A DNA stretch of 64,000 nucleotides from Nemertoderma westbladi (lineage: Eukaryota; Animalia; Xenacoelomorpha). The translations under genes and the position numbers were made by a program. Shown here one piece after another: positions 28,118-39,600 of the stretch (the stretch's first letter is position 1; every line of letters begins with the position of its first letter). The notes under the pieces were generated by a model, which did no database searches, was not told the DNA's origin, and saw only the letters and a program-made list of their open reading frames with translations. The stretch spans positions 62,001 through 126,000 of the forward strand of contig JAUCBJ010009060.1 in the NCBI GenBank assembly GCA_032718475.1. Direction: 5' to 3'.

Positions 28118-28204
28118 GGTTCAGTAGCTCAGTCGGTAGAGCGTTGGAAATTATATGTGTAGTAGGTATTGAGTTCGAATCCTAGTAAGTGCGAATTATT
28201 TTTT
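28118..28204 (+). ncRNA. tRNA-like Pol III cassette in LTR2
   Basis: Identical to 13062-13148. Confidence 0.7.
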
Positions 28205-28261
28205 GTGCAGAATTTCAACTCATTTAAATTAACCGCTACAAATTAATTGCATTTGTCTGTA

Positions 28262-28521
28262 CCAATGAGACTGTAGTTATTTGATTGTAACCAATGTCGT
28301 GCAAGTTATATATTAGCTGGACCAATAGCTATCTTTAAAAACCTGTTAGAACCTATAGAACAATCGAGAATTTTCTCGATTGATTGCAGCACAAATTTGC
28401 TATATAAAGGTGCGATTTGTTCATTAGTTATACCTCTCAGATTATCTTATCTTATCAATATTCTGTCGTGCTTAGTTTATTTCAGATTACATTGTATTAT
28501 AATTATATCTTCTGTAATAAA
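28262..28521 (+). promoter_or_regulatory. LTR Pol II promoter and polyadenylation signal
   Basis: CCAAT at 28262, 28291 and 28322; TATATAAA at 28401; Inr-like TTAGTT about 25 bp later; AATAAA at 28516. Confidence 0.65.
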
Positions 28522-30686
28522 GTCAGAATTATCGCTAATCTGCTTTTCTATCTGTTTTACCATGATTCACTACGGTGAACCCAACCTAAGGGACAGGATG
28601 GCCGGCTAGAGATCGGGCCGCAGCAATGAACGGGAACATCGGGGGAATGTAGACCAGAGACAACCCGCAATACCATCTTGAGTTATTCGCCCATCGCCTG
28701 AAAGGTTAGACAGCGTTCGACGCCTTGCTACCTAAGTGTAAGACCAAAAGATCAAAAGGTAGAAGTAGTGACACGCTGTGAGCCTAAAATTACATCTTAG
28801 GGACTGTACTGTCTTGATTCAGGAAAAACCACAGTAGACCTTCATATTCCTACGGGGGGGAGAGGGAAAGAGCAGGCAGATACTAGTACGCAGATAGGAC
28901 GTAGGCACACCGGTACGAAGCATACAAATTGGTAGGGTGCAGCAAACTGTACGCCTAACTCTTGCTAAGTGCAGGTGTGTGTGCGACTATTTGTAGTACG
29001 ACAGTGTCCATTGCATTAGAACTTGTAGGCTAGGGGGGTTGCTGTGTTTTCACCTGAATTGGGATTGTACCGTTCAGGCGGTAGGGCAGTTTACAGCTAG
29101 GCGCAAATAAATTGAGGCTATTAGGGATACTAACATCTACCGTGTCCCCGCCAACGCCCTAATAGGAAGTTACCCGGACTACCTGGGTGACTAAAATTCT
29201 AGATAGGAGCCAGGATAGCTATTAGTAACTGTACGCCTACAGTAGTAAACTAACACATCTCTTCTTAGTATCAGGGACCTGGTACCTAAAATTGCCGAAT
29301 TCTGGGCGTAGCATTAACCTTATGCCTGAATTTGAGTCCTGGAAATACGCAAGAGGGGAAGGAACCTTATCATTCGTGAGTATTGGACCTACAAGTTACA
29401 AAATTAGAATATTCGTAAAATGCACACCGTACCCAGTAATTATATATGTGAAGGAGCAAAACTGTTTTTGACCGTTCAGAATTAACACACGCGCGTTAGA
29501 AATTATTTACACCTCAAAATATATAAAATTAACTTTCGTCCTTACTGTGCTTTGCCCGCTAGTTAGACATCTCCAAATCTCTGCCTGTACCTAGCTAGCG
29601 TCCCTTCGCCCAACCATATAAATCACACCGCGGCAAAGTATACGAGCCCCTTAGTCCGTCAGTGAGTCAGCCTGATTTTAGGATTCGCTGCGCGGGATTT
29701 TGTTTTATCGAAGTTTGTCTGCTCGTAGACTGTTTTCTGCCTCACCGGTTATAAGAGATCGATACTGCAATATATTCGCTTACTTAGAGTTTACTGTTTT
29801 GGTGAGAAGGTCGGATTTATGATTTGATTCACAAACTTTACAGTAGGATATTGCAGGTATTGTTACTGTCTCTTCGAATAGTAGGAATATGTTTTACTGA
29901 ACTACGGTTCGGTAGGACTAAAGTTATTTGAAAATTTTGTATTTTGAGGTAAAAATTTATATTTGATTAGCTAAGTGCTAATTTTTTGAAATAAAATTTG
30001 ATTTGAACCGCGTGTAAAATATTTTGGAATTGAATACCGGTGTTTAAAAGGGTTTAAATACCATATTGTACCGGTACAAAATTTTCGTAAAGTAAAACCT
30101 AACTCTTTTGTTTTTCAGGATTCAGAACTCATTTCTAGACTGTAACGGGAGCAAGACCGTGTTTAGCAAGTTTGGGAGATAGATAACTCAACAACTTTGG
30201 TTGGGAAAATCGCGCTTCGTCCGCAACGTTAAAAACGGAAAGGTTCACGTCCGGTTTGTATCTGGGAATCTGTTTTTCTGGAGAATTATTGGAGTGGGTG
30301 AGTTCGAAAAGTTGCATAAATAAGTTAGGCATTACCGTATTAGTTAAAATTATTGTGGGTTCCACTGTCTCAAGTATTTATGCATTCCGTATGATTTCTT
30401 TGTTCATTGCTGAATTAGTCCGTATTATTGTATTTAATTTACCTTTTGATAACGCATATCGTTATCCGATTTATTTGTTATAAAATTGGCCGCTAGGCTA
30501 ATTTTATTATATACTTATTCCGTGACATTTATTTGCTGTAAAATTGGCCGTTTAGGCTAATTTTATCCATCTGCTATAAAATCGGCCGGTAGGCTAATTT
30601 TATATGACTGTAATTAGTACCGTTTAGATAAACTACGGTAAGTTTGATACTTTGACACTCACTTTACTTGACTTACAACTACCGAA

Positions 30687-33600
30687 ATGAGTGACAAACA
30701 AGACTATACGAAAAATACACAAACCGACTATGACTCATGCGACGGAGATAAGTCAGCAGCGGAAGAACAACAGGGGAAGACTCGCGAGCCTACCGAACCT
30801 ACACCGTGTGCGTCACCAGTACATCCAACGGGAGTACCGGATGCCGTAGTACGAGGCGACGGCAGGACCGAGGACTTTCTAACTGTTCCGCAACCTAGAT
30901 ACAGGGAAACGGACATGGTAAGTTCAGTAGGAAGCCAGGAGAGCGTGGTTAGAAGCGTCGGTGGATACATGGCGCATATTACCAGGAGTATTGGAGAAGG
31001 CCAACGCATATTAGACGGGTTGACCGCTCCGATGTCTCGATTCGAGTTCTACACCCTCCAGGTTAGAGTACAGAGTAAAGTATATAAGTCCGTAGATAAT
31101 CTAGTTGGCCTACAAGATCTAGCTAGACAGAGACAGGACATGGATACTCAACTTAGAATCCTCGAGAAACTAATGATCGCTAGAGAGAAACTGATTCAGT
31201 TTAAGTCGACGATTAGACAGATACAACAGGAACAAGCGGACCAGTTGTTAGGTGAGTCAGTTTCGGACGAATTATTACAGCCCGAGGAAGAACAGGAACT
31301 GTACCGACTGGATGGACAATTGAAACATCTGACGGACCACTTACGTATGTGCGGCGAGGATGTCGGAGATTGGGAAACCGTGCCGGAATATACGAGGGAA
31401 ACTTCACCCGTACGAATCGAATCGGCACCGGGAATACTGAATCAATCACTGGTGAGTATTCGCAGCGAGATTAACGAGGTAAGCATGGTCACGTCAGAAG
31501 TTGCTCGACAACAGCAACAGTTCTACAGACAGCAACACGAGATGGAAGAACAAACTCAACTGCTAATGATACAAACAGCGGTAGAGGAAGAGAAAATACG
31601 TGTTGCGAATGTAGCGAGAATCTCTCATCTGCAGGAACAAGCCGAACTCGAAGCGGCCGAAATGGAAAGGTTAGAGTTGGACATTGCCCAACAAGCGGCA
31701 GCGGCCGAGTTAGCGCAACGAACGGCAACAGCCGAGTTAGAGCGACAAACGGCAGCGGCAGCGGCAGCGGCCGAGTTAGAGCGACAAACGGAAGCGGCAG
31801 AGTTAGAAAGAAAAAGGTTAGTTTCAGAAGCCAGAGTCGAGATGAAGACACGGCAAATAAAAGCCCAACAAGCGATACGACAAGCAGAGTTCGAGGCGCA
31901 ACAACAACAAACGGAACAACGAGAAAAGGAAGTTAAACTTCGTTTCGAACTTGAGAAAAGGGCGAGAGAATTAGCCGAAACCAAGGAAAATCTGGATCTT
32001 CTAGCCCGTGATCGATCGATGAGATCTCGTGACGGACATGATTTGGACCAGATAGAGGTAAGGCACCGCCAAATCCAGGAACGACTAAAGGAAGGTTCGA
32101 TAGGAGCACCTGGACGGGAACGACAATTAGTAAAGGACTTATGTCAAAGATTCCCTCAAGTAACCCCTATGTTCGCACCAGTTACAACTAAGGAACCTGT
32201 TTCGATTGCGGGTAGTAGTGATATTTCTCCTATCCATGGTGCGACGGAACACAGGTTTGTTATTCCGGACAAGTTTACACCGCCAAGAGCAACGTCGTCG
32301 CCTATTCCGAAAGTCAAGGTAAGTAACCCGCCGATTACGGATCGTAGTAGTTTGTTGACTGGACCTGCACTACTGACGACTAAACAGGTGAGTCCACCGT
32401 CGACACCTAAACCCGTTACACACTACGCTTACCCAATGACGTTTCGACCTACAAGGCCGGTAGATTCAAATGCTGTCATTCGCCCACCGGTTCAGTTTAC
32501 ATCGCAATCTACGACTTCGAGGAAGACTTGTGAGCCTACCGAACAACGGAGACCAGTGGATACGCGACCGTTCAACCAGTTTACATCGCAATCTACGACT
32601 TCGAGGAAGACTTGTGAGCCTACCGAACAACGGAGAACAGTGGATACGCGACCGTTCAATCAGTGTACATCGCAATCTACGACTTCGAGGAAGACTTGTG
32701 AGCCTACCGAACAACGGAGACTAGTGGATACGCGACAGTTCAACCAGCGTGCATCGCAATCTACGACTTCGAGGAAGACTTGTGAGCCTACCGAACAACG
32801 GAGACTAGTGGATACGCGACAGTTCAACCAGTTTACATCGCAATCTACGACTTCGAGGAAGACTTGTGAGCCTACCGAACAACGGAGACTAGTGGATACG
32901 CGACAGTTCAACCAGTTTACATCGCAATCTACGACTTCGAGGAAGACTTGTGAGCCTACTGAACAACGGAGACTAGTGGATACGCGACAGTTCAACCAGC
33001 GTGCATCGCAATCTACGACTTCGAGGAAGACTTGTGAGCCTACCGAACAACGGAGATCAGTGGACGATGTTACGAAACGAAACGTGAGAATTCGTACGAC
33101 GCAACGGACGCGAGCACATCGACCTCCATATCCAGATGATAGTAGTACTTCGAGCGAATCGGATTACCCGAAACGCGAGGTATTTAGAACAGGGGCGGCC
33201 GATGAATATAAACGCGAGCGTTCAGACAACTCCTTTATAGACAATCCTCCACAGAATACACCAACACAGAAGGCGTTACAACCAACGGACGCAATCAGTA
33301 CTCAACAATTCGCCGACATCATGCGACCAGTTGTTAACAAGTTGGCTCAGATCGAGGAGCGTCTGGAGGAAGTTCAAACCGATAGTTCGAGGAACACTGA
33401 ATTCGAACACAATAGACACCCGAAGGAACCACAAAGACCGGTACCTTCAAAACACCCATCGTATCAGGGAAAAGCGCCAAGAAGGGATATCAACCAGATT
33501 ACCAACCAAGGACGCGAAACTCTGAACGTTGCCGAGGAGATAGCGAAATTCGCAGCCAGACAGGGATTGCCGGTGCAACAACCACCGAAGTTTTCTGGTA

Positions 33601-36600
33601 GCTCAAAACACTGGCATACATTCGTAGACTATATCGAATCTCAGATCGCCGTGTGCGCCTTTACATCACGGGAGAAGTTTAATTACCTGCTTCAAACGTT
33701 GTCAGGAGAACCTAAACGTTTGGCAGAGACCTTCGTTGGTGTACCGGACGCCTTCGAACTAGCGTACGATCGTTTAACTTCGATATACGGAGGTACAGTC
33801 AGTATGGCCAGGTCAGTAATAGAGGAACTCTGTAAGGGAGGGGCTATTACTAAACCCGTCGACTTATTAAAACTGGCTGACGAGATAAGGAACGCTATCA
33901 CTACTTTAAGATCCATTGGACAACTTGACTACGGGAATACCCCTACAGTCCTATTAAAGATCATAGGACGACTCCACCATCGACTTCGTCGGGAGTGGAG
34001 AAAGATCGAATACCAGCGAGAAGAGCGGGGTGGATTCTTAAAACTGGAGGATGTGTACCTTTTGATATCCAGGGAGGCAGTAGTAGAAACTCGATCCAAC
34101 TACACTGACCAGCACATCGTGGCAGAAGGAATCACATTGCCATCCTCCAACCGGCAAAAACCCCAGACAACATCCACTAAGACGGCCACTTACACCACAC
34201 CAACGGAATCACGACAATTCTCGGACGGTAGTAGGGTATCTGCGCCCATTGGGATAAAACAGACGAGACAACAACTCAGTACCGACTTCAGCGGCTGCCA
34301 ATACTGCGAGCATCTAGGCAAGCGGTATATCGGTCACAAGTTGAGGGGTTGTCGACAGTTTCGCGAGTTGAACTCGGAAGAACGACGGCTGCAGATACGG
34401 CCACTGGACTCTTGTTGGCGGTGTACGCGACACGGACACGTTCGCAAGGATTGCCCAAATACCGACACTTGTCCATCCTGTGGACGCAACCACGACGGTC
34501 TGCTCCACACAGACAGCCACACGCCGACAAAACGCTTCGCCAGAGAACACCCGGAAGCAGCAGCGAGATGTGATGCGGCCTACAGAAAACGAGAATCGAA
34601 AACGACTCCAACCTTCGTGACCCATATTGAGGATTGCTTCTCAGAACAATCCGGATCGTCGGACGAAGAGTTAGAAGACGACGACGAATATTCCAATGGA
34701 GACGAACAACCGTCGATCGCGCTTCTGACCACTGACCAACTGAAGGGATTCAGTGTAATCCCGATTAAGATTACTGGCACAAAGGGGAGTAAGAGAATTT
34801 ACGCGATCCTTGATTCAGCCTCATCCCACAGCTATGTGGACGAAAAGATAGCTGACGTCGTGACGGATCTCAAACAAGGTAAGCGCGTCAGTTACACCGT
34901 GAGTAGTATGCACGGACAGCGTGCAATACCAGTGACACGAGTCAAGTTAAACTTAGACTCTCTTCTTCCGAAATCGCAACACAGCGAGAGGGAGAGGTCT
35001 TTGTTACCCTTCAAGGATTTGACCTTTGCGGCCACCAAAGACTTTAGTAACTTACTAGGTCCGGTCCCAGAACAATCCTTGGAGGACCGTAAGTATTTCA
35101 GACACCTTGGTGTACCCGAATGTCCTGTCAATTATAGATCGGTAGCCATGCTGATCGGGACAGACCAATTCAACCTACACCAAGTGTGGGAAACCAGACC
35201 ATCGGCAGTTGTAGCGGGAAACGCATACGCCTGCAGAACGCCGATAGGGTGGTATACTCGAGCGCCTGTGCGCACACTAAACGTAAGTGACGAGGAAGAC
35301 GATGTACAAAGTACATGTAGTTTACTAACTACAAATTCAATCCATTCCTTTTCACACGATGTGGACCATACTACACTACAGTCGACAAAACATGACAGAC
35401 GTGTAACTAGTATGATAAGTAGTCACAAGGAGCAGCTAATCCACAAGGTGAGTTTAGAACTTGGGGAGAAGACGAGTCAGCTAGAGATTCCATCGACGAC
35501 AGATGATAGGCTTGCGAGTCTACCTACCCCAACAACCTCAACAATACCCATCGATATCGATGATGACGTGTTGAGAAATCATCAAGTGGAACAAGCTGCA
35601 CTGGACAAAGAATTAACGGAGAAGACTATCAGGTGGTTAGAACAAGATACAGCTGAACCTGGTAGCTACGAACCTTGTATGTCGGAACAGGAGAAACAAG
35701 CTCTGAAGATCATGGAAGATACTATCCGCCAGACGAAAGACGGACATTATGAGGTGGGGATGTTATGGCGTAGCCAAAGTCCTAAACTTATAAACAACTA
35801 CCCACTGGCTTTAAGACGTCTACACTCAATACGGCAACGTCTATTAAAGGACGAGAAAGCCCATCTGCAGTACAACACTCAGATGGAGACGTATTTGACT
35901 AAGGGATATGCTATCCGAATGACTAACCCAGAGATAGTGACTAACCAGACATACTACCTGCCACATCACTATGTGAGACATCCCGACAAACCAGATAAAG
36001 TACGTGTAGTCAATGATTGTGCGGCTCTATTTGAGGGAATGTCCCTCAATAGTGAGTTGATGGATGGACCAAACATGAATAATTATCTTATGGGGGTGAT
36101 TATGCGCTTCCGTCAGCGTCAAGTAGCCTTTACTTGCGACGTTGAAGCGATGTTTCACCAAGTGAAAGCGTTAGAGCGAGACAGAGACAGTTTGCGGTTC
36201 CTCTGGTATCCGGAAGGAGACTTAAGTCTACCACCAGCGACTTACCAAATGCAAGTTCGCGTTTTCGGTGCCAGAGACAGCCCAAACTGCACGATGTACG
36301 CCCTAAAACAAGCCGCTAGAGATCAGAAACACCTATATGACCCAGAGATAATTAGGATTGTGGAGCGTGACTTTTACGTTGACGACGGTTTACAGAGTTG
36401 CGACACAGTAGAACGTGCTACAACAGTAGCACATCAATTACGGGACTGCTTAGCGGGCGGAGGTTTTAACCTCACCAAATTCGCCTCAAACAGTGCCGAA
36501 TTAGTAGACTCATTCGGAACGACTGAGCGTGGAGGTGGTGACATAGACCTAGAGTTCGAACCACTACCGACGACCAAGGTGTTGGGGCTCTTTTGGGACC

Positions 36601-39600
36601 CAAACACGGACAACTTCCGAGTGAAGGTGAGACTGGACAGTCAAGAGAACACACTGACAAAGAGATCATGCTTGTCAAAATTGAGCCGATTGTTCGATCC
36701 GTTAGGATTCATCAGTCCAGTGATACTGCAAGCCCGCATTTATATGCGCAGTATTTGGAAGGTTGGACTAACATGGGACGAGCCGATCTCATCAGACCAA
36801 GTGGACTTATGGAAGACCTGGGAGGCGGAATTATCTTCGCTAGAGGATTATTCCATACCCAGAGTTTACTTTCCATTACAAACTACATTTCCTGACAACT
36901 TGGAATTACATTGTTTTTCTGACGCCAGTGACAACGGTTTTGGTGTGGCAGCGTACTTGCGCAGACAAGTAGACTCAGAAGCATTCGATGTTTCGCTCAT
37001 TACTTCTAAGGCAAAAACAATGCCTACTAAGTATATGACGACACCACGAGCTGAGCTACAAGCCGCAACCCTGTCAACCACCATCGTGAACCTTATACAG
37101 ACAGAATTACAGTCAAGTTTACAGATATTTTATTGGACTGACGCGACGTTGGTTTTATTTTACATAAACAACGACACACTTGAATTCAAGACATTCGTAG
37201 CTAACCGTCGCGCAGAAATTCTAGACCGTTCAATAAAAGAGGATTGGCGACATTGTCCCGGACCACAAAACCCAGCTGATATTGCGTCGCGAGGAATGAT
37301 GCCCGAGGAATTCTGTAAACCGGAAAACAAAGAATTTTGGCAACACGGACCCCAATTCTTGCAGAAATCGACACAAGATTGGCCTCCGTTATACGACAAC
37401 AAATCTAATACTATCCCTAAGGACGCCGAAATCAAGAAACCAAAAAAGGGGAAGGCAAAGAAAAAGACGACGGCGACAAAACTCAAGAAAAAACCGAAGG
37501 CGAAATGGAAAGATATAACTTCAAAGGTCAAGAGAGGAAGACTTGCGAGCCTTTCTACACCAGACATATCGCCAGACGGTCAACCAGACACGTTACTAGA
37601 CGATCAACCAGACGTTTTGCCAGACATATCACAAAATGTTCTACCAGACACTAGTGACATACTGACAAACAGTAAAGCCGCAGTTTCCCTATTGGAGCGG
37701 CCTTCTATTGACAAACAACCAGATGCGTTACCAGACGTATCACCAGACACATTACTAGACGGTCAACCAGACGTTTTGCCAGACATATCACAAAATGTTC
37801 TACCAGACACTAGTGACATACTGACAAACAGTAAAGCCGCAGTTTCCCTATTGGAGCGGCCTTCTATTGACAAACAACCAGATGCGTTACCAGACGTATC
37901 GCCAGACACGTTACTAGACGGTCAACCAGACGTTTTGCCAGACACGTCACTAGATAATTCGCCGGATGTTCCGCGAAACATTTTACCAGACATGTCACAA
38001 AATGTTCTACCGGACATTAGTAATGTATCGACTAACAGTAAAGCCGCAGTTTCCCTATTGGAGCGGCCTTGTATTGACAAACTACCAATTTTGACACACT
38101 TGAGCAACCATAAGCATGGTGAAACCTCATGTATTACAGATGTGGGTAGTACCTACGCTAATGTAAATACAGGTGTTACTTTGCGCTCAAGAGACATACC
38201 GAACTTGCAACCTATGGTGAGACCTGGGATTAATGTCGGCAGAAAAATAAGTTTACCGAAACCTGCTGACCCCATAGAGTTCAAACCACCATTAACGATC
38301 GACTTACAAAGTACCGACAATCAAGGTAAGAAGACGAAGAAGGACAAATTACTTGTAGACCCGGACGGATCAACAGTCAACAAGGGAATACTTACCGGCG
38401 GACCCGTGGGCCCTTCTAGTAATTCAAAACCTTCCAAAATCTCCATTGACTTACCTGATGACGTCACAAATACTCACATCGACCGGATTGTAAACTTAAC
38501 AGACTCTTGGACAAACGCTTGCCGAAAATTAGCGTGGATTGTACGTTTCGTACAATACGTTAAAGGCAAACGTGACTTTACACGTCGACTTACATTGGCT
38601 GAGATTGACAGGTGTGAGATTAAATTAATTCGCCATTACCAACTGCGATATTTCGCGCGCGAATTCACATCTATAAATCAAGGTCAACCAATCAAGTCGT
38701 CACCAATACTGAGTTGGAGTCCGATTATTTATAATGGCTTAATTTGTCATAAATCACGGCTTCAAAACATTGACTTTAACACAAACTTTAGATACCCAAT
38801 AATAATACCCCAACATCACAAACTACAACGTGCAATGATACTGGACGCACATTTACATCTGAAACATGCTGGAAGACACCACTGTCTTTCTTACTTACGT
38901 ACAAGATTTGTATTGATTAGACCTAGTAAAGCGTTAAGTTCAGTGACACGTACGTGTATTATTTGTAAAAAGGTACATTCTAGAATAGGTACCCAAGAAA
39001 TGAGTGAACTACCACAAGCACGACTTCAAGCATTCAGACCACCTTTTACAGAGACTGGAATTGATTGCTTTGGTCCCATACATACGAAACGTGGACGTAT
39101 ACTAGTAAAACGCTGGGGACTGATTTTCACATGTATGTCCAGTAGGGCAGTTCATATTGAACGTGTGATGGATCTTTCCACCAACGCGTTTATACTAGCA
39201 CTGCGGCGATTTATCGCTAGACGCGGACTAGTAAAATGCTTGTACTCAGACCAAGGGACAAACTTTGTTGGTGCTCGGAATGAGATTGCTAGAGCTTTTA
39301 AGAAATTAGATCATGATCAAATCTCGAACGAACTACAACCTCACAAGATTGTTTGGAAGTTTAATCCTCCAGATAGTCCTTGGAGAGGCGGAGTCTGGGA
39401 GAGACTGATTAGATCTATAAAGACAGCCATGGCAAAGGTCATTCCAGTAAACCACATATTGACAGACGACCAACTGACAACACTGTTTGTTGAAATCGAG
39501 GCAATACTAAATACTAGACCAATAGTATTAGTACCCGATGACAAACAATCTCAGTTTGCTTTGACACCGGCACACCTGCTTATGCAGGCACCGACCACAT

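Larger units (their letters stand above)
27991..29880 (+). repeat. BEL LTR-containing direct repeat 2 (shared by both units)
   Basis: Follows the weak PPT-like GGAGCGG; collinear with repeats 1 and 3. Confidence 0.85.
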
